In this document: positions 19,972-29,652 of the stretch, one piece after another | How the letters are laid out: the number at the start of each line of letters is the position of its first letter | How positions within the stretch are numbered: position 1 is the first letter of the stretch | Origin: Spirochaetia bacterium | Lineage (GTDB): Bacteria; Spirochaetota; Spirochaetia; CADAEX01 | NCBI GenBank assembly: GCA_963662265.2 | Contig: CAXXHA010000028.1 | Span: 39,137-103,136, forward strand | DNA: 64,000 bases | Reading direction: 5' to 3' | The notes under the pieces: model-generated | Told to the model about the DNA's origin: nothing | Databases searched by the model: none | What the model saw: the letters and a program-made list of their open reading frames with translations, nothing else | Program-made: the position numbers and the translations under genes

Positions 19972-20994
19972 TTAACTTTTCACATCTGCATTATAATATT
20001 CTTTATACCAGCTTACAAATTCTTTTAAACCATACTCAAGATCAATACAAGGTTCATAATTATAATCTTTTTTAAGTTTATCGATATCTGCATATGTCTC
20101 TGGAACATCGCCTTTCTGAATAGGCATCATCTTTTTAACAGCCTTAATCCCTATAAGTTTTTCAATAATCCTGATAAACTCCATAAGATCAACAGGATTA
20201 CCACGGCCGATATTATAAACAGCAGACAATTCTGAACACTTGGATTTATTTTTAATTATTGAACATATTCCATTTATAATATCATCAATATATGTAAAAT
20301 CTCGTTTCATATTACCATTGTTAAAAACCTTAATCGGAATACCTTCAATTATATTTTTTAGAAATGAATAATATGCCATATCCGGTCTTCCCCAGGGGCC
20401 ATACACAGTAAAGAATCTCAATCCTACAGTCTGAATATTATAAAGTTTTGAATATGTATAAGCCATCAATTCATTGCTTTTTTTTGTTGCAGCATACAAG
20501 CTTTCCGGGTGATCAACTATATCCTCTTCTGAAAAAGGCTGTTTTTCATTACCGCCGTAAACACTTGAACTACTTGCATATACAAGCTTTTTTATATTGT
20601 TTTCTCTACAGACTTCAAGAACATTAAAATAACCGGTAATATTATTTTCAATATATGATCTGGGATTAATCAGAGAATATCTAACACCTGCCTGAGCAGC
20701 AAGATGACATATAAGATCAATATTCTCATCCTGGATTATTTTATTTAATGAATCAAAGTTTTTAATATCAGTCTTGTAAAACATTATATTATTATATTTG
20801 CAGGATAGATTTTTTAAATTATCCCGAATATCTTCTCTGTAGAAGCCAAGATTTTTTAACCGGTCATATTTCAGCTCAATGTCATAGTAATCATTAATAT
20901 TATCAATGCAAATGATCTTGTAATTCTCACTTTTCAATTTTTCAGTCAGCTGATAACCTACAAAGCCAGCAGCTCCTGTAACTAGTATATTCAC
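19972..20994 (-). CDS. UDP-glucuronate 4-epimerase (CapI/LpsL-like)
   Basis: TGAAGFVG, HLAAQAGVRYS, SLYAATKKSNE and GPWGRPDMA. Confidence 0.9.
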   Translation of the reverse strand: MNILVTGAAGFVGYQLTEKLKSENYKIICIDNINDYYDIELKYDRLKNLGFYREDIRDNLKNLSCKYNNIMFYKTDIKNFDSLNKIIQDENIDLICHLAAQAGVRYSLINPRSYIENNITGYFNVLEVCRENNIKKLVYASSSSVYGGNEKQPFSEEDIVDHPESLYAATKKSNELMAYTYSKLYNIQTVGLRFFTVYGPWGRPDMAYYSFLKNIIEGIPIKVFNNGNMKRDFTYIDDIINGICSIIKNKSKCSELSAVYNIGRGNPVDLMEFIRIIEKLIGIKAVKKMMPIQKGDVPETYADIDKLKKDYNYEPCIDLEYGLKEFVSWYKEYYNADVKS

Positions 20995-21004
20995 AATCAG
21001 TTTC

Positions 21005-22141
21005 CTATTTTTTTCTTATTTCTATTTCTTCCAGATATATTTTTTTCAAATAATCAACTACTTTATTTTCATCACAATGTTCTAGACAGTATTTTCTGGC
21101 ATTTTCACTAATTTTTTTTGCCAGAGTATTATCATTAAGAATATCATAAATCCTATCAGCCATCATTTCATGATTATTCAAAGGTACCAAGTAACCATTT
21201 TTACCATTTTCAATTAACTCATTAGAACCTATCACATCAGTGGCAATACAAGGGATGCCAAAATACATTGATTCCATAATGCTTCGCGGTTTACCTTCTT
21301 TTATTGAAGAAAGAACAGAAATATCAGCAGATGCAAGATATCTTTTTATTTCATCTCTATCCAGTTTTCCTGTAAATACTACTTTATCTGTTAATCTGTA
21401 TTTTTTTATTTTATCAGAAATTAATTCCCGATCCCCTTCCCCTATCAGATAAAGCTTATAGTTTTTAAATTGATGTTTTTGCTCGAGAATATTTAAAGCT
21501 TCAATCAGCATTACATGATTTTTTACAGGCTCAATACGAGCAACACAGATTATTTTTTTAATATTTTCATTTGATTTTTTTTTATCAATTTTATTAAACT
21601 CATCAAAATTAATTCCATTACTAATATAAATCAGTTTACATTTCTTTAAATTAAAACTATATGCTAATTCATATTCATATCTATTCTGAAAAAGAAGTAT
21701 ATCTGTAAGCAAACCCAGTATTCTTTCAATGATATAAAATATTTTTCTTTTAATACCATTATATTTAGTAAAATGAAAACCATGCACCTGATGAATAATA
21801 ATCATCTTTTTTTGATGGAAAAAATTGTACATCCAGCAAATAATACGTCCAATAGCTCCGGCTTTTGAGTTGTGAGTATGAATTATATCAGGATTCTCAC
21901 TCTTAATAGTCTTAAATAAAACAATTGATTCCTTAATAATATTTAAGATTCCCAATCCTCTTGTAACATCTATTGTTTTTACTTGAACACCACTATTCCT
22001 GATTACTTCTGCATCCGGACCTTCTGGACAAAGAATAATATTATTTATATCTGATCCTTCATTGATCTTTTTAACACGTGACAAAAGCAACCGCAATGCA
22101 CCCTGTGTAGTTGTCGAAAAATCTATTATTTTTATAGACAT
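21005..22141 (-). CDS. Glycosyltransferase family 4
   Basis: IHTHNSKAGAIGR, VHGFHF, RIEPVKN and EGKPRSIMES. Confidence 0.88.
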   Translation of the reverse strand: MSIKIIDFSTTTQGALRLLLSRVKKINEGSDINNIILCPEGPDAEVIRNSGVQVKTIDVTRGLGILNIIKESIVLFKTIKSENPDIIHTHNSKAGAIGRIICWMYNFFHQKKMIIIHQVHGFHFTKYNGIKRKIFYIIERILGLLTDILLFQNRYEYELAYSFNLKKCKLIYISNGINFDEFNKIDKKKSNENIKKIICVARIEPVKNHVMLIEALNILEQKHQFKNYKLYLIGEGDRELISDKIKKYRLTDKVVFTGKLDRDEIKRYLASADISVLSSIKEGKPRSIMESMYFGIPCIATDVIGSNELIENGKNGYLVPLNNHEMMADRIYDILNDNTLAKKISENARKYCLEHCDENKVVDYLKKIYLEEIEIRKK

Positions 22142-23371
22142 CTATCTAATTCTCTTTTTTTTCCAGATTATTTTGTTATACATTAGCCAATTGTAAGGAA
22201 CAACAAGTAAGCCTATCGCTAAAATAAGAGATACCTGCCGAACAAAAACAGTATCTGATATTAATATTGTTGCCAACCCTATAAACACAAACTGGATGAT
22301 AATTGCGCCAAATGAAGTTAAATTAAATTTAAGAAAACTGGAAAGTACATGTTTTATTCTGTTTAATTTTCTATCTGAAAAAGTCCAGTTATTGTTTAGT
22401 ATGTAATTTGATATTATTGCCATTTCTGTAGCCATTCCAGCGGCCCATGAAGATGGATTTGATAATAAATTAATAGGTTTTCCTGTTAATTTAATAATTA
22501 CATCTGATATATTTACAGCAATACTGTTTCTAAATACTTCCATAAACACAGCATTTACCAAAAATCCGATGAAGCCGACAATTCCAAATTTTACAAACCG
22601 TCTTGTTTCTTTATCGCAGCATCTAAGTCGGATAACTGTCTTTAAAATCTCAACAGGAGTCTGGCCAGTTATTTTAGATTCACCTTCTTCTCTTAATTTA
22701 AAATTCAAAGGGATTTCCTTAACATTTGCACCGCTTTTTACTGTTCGGAAAAGCCATTCCAGCTTATATCCAAATCCTCTTGAATATATCTGTTCATAGT
22801 TTATTTTATTTAATACTGGATATACTCTTGTCGCTTTTAACCCGGTTGTAGGATCTGTAACTTTAAAAAAATCTTTTGTCGGGAAAAAAAGAATCATTCT
22901 TGCAACAAATCCACCAAAAACACTGAAGAATAATCGCTTTAATCCCCAATTTTCAGGGAATCCTCCCCCTTTTACCCTTCTGGAGCCCAATACATAATCA
23001 TATCCGTTATCAATTTCCTCAAGCATTACAGGTATTGTTTCGGGAGGATGCTGAAAATCTCCATCAAATTCAAATACAACATCTGCATCCAATTCATTAA
23101 CTGCATATTTAAAACCTTTTATATATGCTGCGCCAATACCTTCTTTTTCTTTTTCTTCATATAAGAATAAATCTTTATATTTTTCCTTTCTTTTTTTTAC
23201 TTCTTCCGCAGTACCATCAGGAGACTGTCCGTCTACTATCAATATTTTTAATATCCAGTTTTTAACAGGAATTATTTTGCTAAAGAGATAATCAATCATT
23301 TTACCGATCGATTCTTTTTCATTATATGTCGGTATTACTACTACAGCTGTTTTTTCATTTTGTGTTTTCAT
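22142..23371 (-). CDS. Polyprenol-phosphate glycosyltransferase (DPM1-like GT2) fused to a GtrA flippase domain
   Basis: IPTYNE, VDGQSPDGT, FDGDFQHPP, DPTTG; C-terminal RFVKFGIVG...NYILNNNWTF GtrA pattern. Confidence 0.88.
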   Translation of the reverse strand: MKTQNEKTAVVVIPTYNEKESIGKMIDYLFSKIIPVKNWILKILIVDGQSPDGTAEEVKKRKEKYKDLFLYEEKEKEGIGAAYIKGFKYAVNELDADVVFEFDGDFQHPPETIPVMLEEIDNGYDYVLGSRRVKGGGFPENWGLKRLFFSVFGGFVARMILFFPTKDFFKVTDPTTGLKATRVYPVLNKINYEQIYSRGFGYKLEWLFRTVKSGANVKEIPLNFKLREEGESKITGQTPVEILKTVIRLRCCDKETRRFVKFGIVGFIGFLVNAVFMEVFRNSIAVNISDVIIKLTGKPINLLSNPSSWAAGMATEMAIISNYILNNNWTFSDRKLNRIKHVLSSFLKFNLTSFGAIIIQFVFIGLATILISDTVFVRQVSLILAIGLLVVPYNWLMYNKIIWKKKRIR

Positions 23372-24912
23372 TAATTTCCATCTTTTCTTTTATATATTTT
23401 ACAGTTATTTACAACCTTAACAGGTATATAATTCATTTCAATAATCTTATGAAATTTATCTAAATTATTCTGTATATATTCATTGACAATCCTTCCATCT
23501 GAATCAAAATATTCAGTTTTGTCTATAATCAAAACAGGAGGATTATCATTAAATTTTTCAAAAAAATAATTGTAAACAAGATCTGCACTTTCCCTGGTTC
23601 TTAGATAATTATTTCCAAGTAAATGACCGCTGGGATCATATACAGGATTTGCTAATAATCTATCTGAGGCAAAATAATATGCGCCGCCAAAAGGCCATAC
23701 AAATATTTTGTCATCCTTTGATGTATTAGATTTTATATATTCTATAACATTGTTCTTATTATTCATATATTCTGTCCATGTGGGAGGATGATGCATTATA
23801 TTAAAATGTAAATGAAGGAAAGGTGGAAATGATAATAATACAACAATAAAACAATAAATGATTTTTTTGTTTACTGTTTTATTAAATATAATATTTATAT
23901 TGTCAATAAAAATAGAAAGTCCAGCTGCACAAATTGGAATAATTGATAAAAAAGTCAAATAATAATATCGTTCTACATGCTTTCCGCCGGAAAATGCTGA
24001 TAGATAAGTAAATAAGAAAACTAATAATAAAAATAGATTCTCTTTTTCCCTTAATTTTTTTCGTTTGGATATCAGATAATAACATCCAAAAATCAGGATT
24101 GGAACTAATCCAACTAAAAACCGAAGGACTAGAATTCCCCGTGCTATTCTTTTAAAGAGTGAGTAAGCACCAACATAATACCCTGAAAAAGAATACTGCC
24201 ATAGAAGCAAATCATCTAAAGAGTTATTCAATTTATAATATAATAAAACCATTAGCGGAGGTAACAAAAAAAACACAGCTGAAGTAATAATTTTTAATAC
24301 TTTTTTTATTGAAGTGTTGTTTGATAACGCAACTATGACAACATATGGAATAACTAATATTCCGATTCGCATGTTAATTAAAAATGCAAAAGATAAAAAT
24401 AATGAAGATAATAGTAAATTACTCCATGAAAGTTCCATTTTTTTTCTAACAAAAAAATACATACTGATTGAAGTAAAAAAAACTACAAAAACTTCGGTAT
24501 TTGCAGCAAGAACTTCACTAGCCCTTACACAGGTGCTGTATGAAGCAAATAATAAAGCTGCCAAAAACCCTGCTTTTTTGTTAAACAACTCTTTTGTAAT
24601 CAGCCAGAAAAAAACAGAAATTGAGAAAACACAACAAATATTTACAATTTTAAGCACAAAAAAATCATTTTGAAAATTATCACCACCAAGAAAATCAATA
24701 AAAGAATAGATATAAAAAATTCCAGGAGATTTAATATCTGCAAAATCTTGATAAGGAAGACCACCTGCATTAATAATTTTTGCAGCAGTCATATAAAAAA
24801 ATTCGTCTTCTTTCCAAGAGTAATAAGGGAAAATTACAGATCTGAAAAGTATAACTGTAAATATGAGAAAAATTATTTTTGAAAATGTATAGTTATTAAA
24901 GGTTTTTTCCAT
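23371..24912 (-). CDS. GT-C fold (ArnT/PMT-like) glycosyltransferase
   Basis: DEFFY...GGLPYQDFADIKSPG first-loop motif, ANTE motif, about 11 TM helices and a periplasmic C-terminus. Confidence 0.8.
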   Translation of the reverse strand: MEKTFNNYTFSKIIFLIFTVILFRSVIFPYYSWKEDEFFYMTAAKIINAGGLPYQDFADIKSPGIFYIYSFIDFLGGDNFQNDFFVLKIVNICCVFSISVFFWLITKELFNKKAGFLAALLFASYSTCVRASEVLAANTEVFVVFFTSISMYFFVRKKMELSWSNLLLSSLFLSFAFLINMRIGILVIPYVVIVALSNNTSIKKVLKIITSAVFFLLPPLMVLLYYKLNNSLDDLLLWQYSFSGYYVGAYSLFKRIARGILVLRFLVGLVPILIFGCYYLISKRKKLREKENLFLLLVFLFTYLSAFSGGKHVERYYYLTFLSIIPICAAGLSIFIDNINIIFNKTVNKKIIYCFIVVLLSFPPFLHLHFNIMHHPPTWTEYMNNKNNVIEYIKSNTSKDDKIFVWPFGGAYYFASDRLLANPVYDPSGHLLGNNYLRTRESADLVYNYFFEKFNDNPPVLIIDKTEYFDSDGRIVNEYIQNNLDKFHKIIEMNYIPVKVVNNCKIYKRKDGN

Positions 24913-24924
24913 TGCACCAACCTG

Positions 24925-27849
24925 CTATTTTATTTTCTTCCAGTTTTTTGAATCAAAAATATTATTTTTAACACTATATTGGAATTCAATATTAATAGAT
25001 TTATTTCTTAAAACCTGTTCCCATCTCCAGGTATCAGCTTTAGTAAAGGTAAGCTCACGGGAAAAACTATTATCACTTGCTGTAAAATTATTACCAAAGA
25101 TATTTTTATCCAAAACACCAGAAGCAACGAGTGACGGAACATCGGAATTACTCATAAATCTATTATCAATTTTCATTTTGTCAGAATTATTAAAATCTTT
25201 AACCAGCAAAAGAGCATGAGCACGTGTAAATTCTTTTGCACTCAATCCTTCAATATTGAAACTGTCTTTCATCATAGGATTAATAGCAACTTCATTTCCA
25301 TGGTCGGAAACAATAATAATTCTTGTATTATCATATAATTCCTCATTTTTCAGCCAGGTGATCCATTTGGAAACTGATCTCAAAGCTGCCTTTGCACTAT
25401 AATATGCACTCAAACCTTCCTCATTATTTCCAGTTTCCGGATCAGGATATCCATTAGTCAAATTTCCATCTTTATCTATTGAATAAGGTACATGTGTTGT
25501 AAAATTATGAAAAAACTTAAATGTATTTCCATCTGATTCAGAATTTGACAGCTCTCCAAGCAGGTCAAGGAAAGCATATGATCTGAGAGCATGATTATAG
25601 GCCCTGTTTTTAATTGTATCACTGTTGATAAAAATCCACCTGCCGCTGTTATAGATAAAAGGTTTTATTATAAAAGGTACAGATTTAAATATTGATACAG
25701 CTAGTAAAATATTACTGGAATAATTTTCAATATCGTCAGATGAAACATTAATTGAATTTTTATGAACCCAATAATTAACATAATCTCTGTCAAAAACTGC
25801 TAAGATATCCTGCTTTTTAAGACTGGACAAACTTCCCAATGGAGTATGATATGAATCAGGATTTGTACGTGCTATTTTGAAATCATTATCCTTCAGTTTA
25901 TTATGTAAATCATCATAGGATTTTGAAATAACATTTACTATATAATCATCTTTCCGTTTATTTATTTCATCAGGCAAATATTTAAATCCGGCATTTATTG
26001 AAGGAAGACTTGTTGTTGTATGATATCCAACACTAAGAGTATTAGGGTACCAGTAGAAACCTGTATAGTTACTCATTATTTCAGGCTCTTCATCAAGAAC
26101 CTGCTGAATATATCCACCTGTAAACATGTCCAGCAACAATACAACAATGTTCTTTCCATTTCTGGAAAATCCAAGTAATTCATCATTATAATCAGGAACA
26201 AAATCATTGTTGTTACTAAAATCACTGACAAAAGCTTCATTATTAATTTTTCTTATTCCGTAAATACTGACTGATGTCTGAACAAAACCTATAAGACACA
26301 TTAATATGAAAAAACCAAACAGCTGTTTCCGCCATGATTTTACAAGAAACACTGAACCAATAAAAATCAAAATCAGTACACAGAATTCAAGAAGTATTCC
26401 AGAAAGTTCGGTATGAAGATTATTTGCTTTTGATAAAGTAAATTGATCAAGAGAACCAAAATCTCCGATAAATACTGTATTATATACAAGAATCAAAATA
26501 GCAAGAAAAACCATAAAGTAATTTACAGAACTTACTTTCTTTTTAGGAATTATAAATATCCCGGCTAATATAATTGAATAGATCAAACCTGCTATAGCTA
26601 AAAGAACAAAAACAATACTGAATATAGATTTATTAAAATCACCAGGTGAAGTTGCAAAAAGCCTGATTGGTGTATAAACAATTACCATCAATATAGAATA
26701 TAAAGCAGATAATAAGTAAATTCTTTTATTATATTTTATAATACCAGTTTCTTTTTGATCTGTAATTTTATTTATATATATTGCAGGGAACATTATACCG
26801 ATCAGCATAAGATGCGATGCAATATATAATTTTTTAAAAATATCCAGTGTTGATATTATATTAATTTTAAAGCAATTATCAAAAGAAAGAAAAAGAACAG
26901 CAAATACAGTTAATACAATAATCGACTTATAGATTTTATAAAGGATATTTCTACTCTTATCCTTGAAAATAACTATAAATGAATATATTTCAACAATAAA
27001 CATGAGAAAATAAACAAGATTCAGAGCATTAAATCTTGTTTCGGAATATTTATATCCAAAATGAAATATCAGTAAATAAAAAATCAACGAAATAATTACA
27101 AGATAAATATAAAATATTTTTAAATTGTTGTAATTAATTTCTTTTTTAATAAAACCAAGAAAATCCGGACTCTCTTCATTTTCAATAAAATAAAGAACAA
27201 TATTCTTAAAAAGAGAAAAAATATTATTAAATGTCCAGTATAATAAAAGAGAAGATGGTGAGTTATATAAAAGTACAAGAAATAAGCCAGCCATAATCCA
27301 TAACTGTATCTTATCTTTTTTTTCTAAACCTTTTGTATAAACATATGCAGATAAAATATTAACAACAGTCATTATAAAAGGCATAATATTTATATTCATA
27401 CCGGCTAAATTTATTAATTGATCAGCCGTTCCAAGATCATCAAGAAAAAGAAAATTTATACCTAATAGGTCAGGCAGATGAGACAGCAGGTGATAAGCAG
27501 ACATAAAAAAAGGAACCTGAATAAGAAATCCAAAACTAACCCGGAAAGCCATCAGCGGATTATAATTAAATCGCCGATATACGGCCATTGTATAATAATA
27601 TTTTAATTCTCCGGAAAAAGCTTCATTTATTTTATCAAGCTCCGGTTTCATTTTTTTTGTTATACATCTTTCAGCTTTCTGCCATTTTTCTGCCAGCAGA
27701 TATAAAGGAATAAGAACAATATTTACACAAATACTTAATAAAATTATTGAAAATCCGTAGTTATCAGTTAATGAGAAAGAAAATCTCAGTATAATATTCA
27801 TTAAACATTCAAGAGGAAAAATAAATATATTATATAAAAAATGCATCAT
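24925..27849 (-). CDS. YidC/Oxa1-domain protein fused to a multi-TM linker and an alkaline-phosphatase-superfamily (LtaS/EptA-like) domain
   Basis: N-terminal YGFSIILLS..LIPL, MKPELDKI, LIQVPFF and PSSLLLYWTFNNIFS. C-terminal NIVVLLLD, HTTTSLPS, THVPY and IIIVSDHG. Confidence 0.88.
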   Translation of the reverse strand: MMHFLYNIFIFPLECLMNIILRFSFSLTDNYGFSIILLSICVNIVLIPLYLLAEKWQKAERCITKKMKPELDKINEAFSGELKYYYTMAVYRRFNYNPLMAFRVSFGFLIQVPFFMSAYHLLSHLPDLLGINFLFLDDLGTADQLINLAGMNINIMPFIMTVVNILSAYVYTKGLEKKDKIQLWIMAGLFLVLLYNSPSSLLLYWTFNNIFSLFKNIVLYFIENEESPDFLGFIKKEINYNNLKIFYIYLVIISLIFYLLIFHFGYKYSETRFNALNLVYFLMFIVEIYSFIVIFKDKSRNILYKIYKSIIVLTVFAVLFLSFDNCFKINIISTLDIFKKLYIASHLMLIGIMFPAIYINKITDQKETGIIKYNKRIYLLSALYSILMVIVYTPIRLFATSPGDFNKSIFSIVFVLLAIAGLIYSIILAGIFIIPKKKVSSVNYFMVFLAILILVYNTVFIGDFGSLDQFTLSKANNLHTELSGILLEFCVLILIFIGSVFLVKSWRKQLFGFFILMCLIGFVQTSVSIYGIRKINNEAFVSDFSNNNDFVPDYNDELLGFSRNGKNIVVLLLDMFTGGYIQQVLDEEPEIMSNYTGFYWYPNTLSVGYHTTTSLPSINAGFKYLPDEINKRKDDYIVNVISKSYDDLHNKLKDNDFKIARTNPDSYHTPLGSLSSLKKQDILAVFDRDYVNYWVHKNSINVSSDDIENYSSNILLAVSIFKSVPFIIKPFIYNSGRWIFINSDTIKNRAYNHALRSYAFLDLLGELSNSESDGNTFKFFHNFTTHVPYSIDKDGNLTNGYPDPETGNNEEGLSAYYSAKAALRSVSKWITWLKNEELYDNTRIIIVSDHGNEVAINPMMKDSFNIEGLSAKEFTRAHALLLVKDFNNSDKMKIDNRFMSNSDVPSLVASGVLDKNIFGNNFTASDNSFSRELTFTKADTWRWEQVLRNKSINIEFQYSVKNNIFDSKNWKKIK

Positions 27850-29126
27850 TATACTGTACTCAAACCTTCAGAAATCTTTATCAACTGTTCTGCAGCAGTA
27901 TCTCCTGCAGATCCAAAATTATAGAAAGATTTTTCAATTAATAGATTAATATCTTTTAAATCAAAATCCGTTATCAATTCCTCTACAAAATCAGGTAATT
28001 TATCCAACTCACTTTCATCAACCAGTTTTCCCAGTTTTTCCCTGATATTCAATTCCCAAATATCATTGAGATCCATATCATCTGCTTCAAGTCCAATTGT
28101 TTCAACTGGAGCATCTATAGTAATAACAGGTTTTTTATACATAAAAGAGTATTCAAAAATTATACCTGATAAATCAGATATAAGAATGTCAGATTTTGTC
28201 ATAGCCGTTTCACCTGAAGGATTTTCATCCCATATAATCTCACTGTATTCTGCTGTTTCCTTTTTCAGTTTTTTAATTAAATCTTTTTGAGAAACATACA
28301 TTTGAGGATGCGGCCTGAGAATAATTTTGTAATTTCGGTTAAGCAATGGTTTGATAATATTCATTTCAAAACGAGTTAAAAGGCTGTTTTTATTCCAGGT
28401 TGGAGCTAATAGAATTGTTTTTATTTCATTACCTTTCTTTTCAGATTCAAGTTTCTTTTTAAGCATTACATCAAAAGGTGTATAACCAGTTTCATATAGT
28501 TCTTTTTTGGCTGTTCCCCTCATTTCTTCAAAACGGATGAGATTTTCTTTCTGATGAGGTCCGGAACATAAAATTGAATCAAAACAGTCAAACGCATAAC
28601 GCCCATATATACCTATATCAGTCGGAGCATGAAATATATGTGTATAATGCTTTACAGACTTAGACCGCCTGATTGTTAAAATATCGAGCTGCGGTGTTGT
28701 CATTACAACAAGATTAGCTTTCATATTATTTAAAAAAACAGAAGACTTAACTGCATTTCCAATATACAAAGAATCTACAATTGTTGAATTATATTTCAAT
28801 CCTGGATCATCTTTATCTGATGAAATATAAATACATTTCCGGCTAAGATTTTCAAGCGCTTTTACTACAGAAGAAAAAACAATCCAGTATTGTTTTCCCT
28901 CAGAAAATAATACTATTTCATATTTCCGTAAATCATTATCTGTATTAACAGCTTTTCCAGTAAAAAAATATTTAAACCTGTAATATACTCCCTTAACAGC
29001 ATATAATGCAGCTGCCACAATACCGACAAATGCATATAAAAGCATACTGCCGGTGCCTGGATCTATATATGAGTAGGCAGGAAACGTAACCAGCAATAAA
29101 AATATAAATATATAATACAGTCTCAT
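27849..29126 (-). CDS. CDP-glycerol/alditol phosphotransferase family (TagB/TagF-like) with an N-terminal membrane hairpin
   Basis: HIFHA, TGYTPFD, ILLAPTW, ILRPHP and SDILISDLSGIIFEY; N-terminal signal plus YIDPGTGS plus TM helix. Confidence 0.85.
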   Translation of the reverse strand: MRLYYIFIFLLLVTFPAYSYIDPGTGSMLLYAFVGIVAAALYAVKGVYYRFKYFFTGKAVNTDNDLRKYEIVLFSEGKQYWIVFSSVVKALENLSRKCIYISSDKDDPGLKYNSTIVDSLYIGNAVKSSVFLNNMKANLVVMTTPQLDILTIRRSKSVKHYTHIFHAPTDIGIYGRYAFDCFDSILCSGPHQKENLIRFEEMRGTAKKELYETGYTPFDVMLKKKLESEKKGNEIKTILLAPTWNKNSLLTRFEMNIIKPLLNRNYKIILRPHPQMYVSQKDLIKKLKKETAEYSEIIWDENPSGETAMTKSDILISDLSGIIFEYSFMYKKPVITIDAPVETIGLEADDMDLNDIWELNIREKLGKLVDESELDKLPDFVEELITDFDLKDINLLIEKSFYNFGSAGDTAAEQLIKISEGLSTV

Positions 29127-29575
29127 TCAGATCGCTCTTCTACAATATCTCCATTTACCAGCTTGATAACATGTGTTGTTGAAATATCTTTAGTACGGGG
29201 AACAATTACAACCTTCCCCAGTTCATATAAATGACCAAACCAGTATTTAACATACTCCTCATCATCGGAAGCAACAAACATGGCATCTACTTTATATTTC
29301 TCCATAAATTCATCGACTTTTGCCGAATCAGTGGCATGAGGCCCCCATGATCTGTCGATAATAACAGCATCATCTGTATATCTACATGCTTTTATTATTT
29401 CAAGTCTCTCATTTTCATTAAAAATGGGTTTTCTTTTTTCCTGCATTGTAAGTTCATCAGAATCTATAGTAACGATAACTTCTTCAAACATCTCTTTAGC
29501 TCTTTTTAACAGCCTCACATGCCCCACATGGAAAAGATCAAATACCCCGTTAACAGCACATCTTTTATAATTCAT
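29123..29575 (-). CDS. TagD-like cytidylyltransferase (copy 2)
   Basis: GVFDLFHVGH and PRTKDISTT motifs. Confidence 0.88.
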   Translation of the reverse strand: MNYKRCAVNGVFDLFHVGHVRLLKRAKEMFEEVIVTIDSDELTMQEKRKPIFNENERLEIIKACRYTDDAVIIDRSWGPHATDSAKVDEFMEKYKVDAMFVASDDEEYVKYWFGHLYELGKVVIVPRTKDISTTHVIKLVNGDIVEERSE

Positions 29576-29652
29576 ACTTAATCCTTTAATTCCAATACAT
29601 CACTCATATAAACTCTCCATCAGCAAGGAATACATGTAAGCTAAGAGCAAAT

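Noticed and set aside
24925-27849. Housekeeping yidC or a true sulfatase
   Set aside because: No rpmH/rnpA/jag context, the groove Arg is missing, and there is no (C/S)xPxR formylglycine motif.
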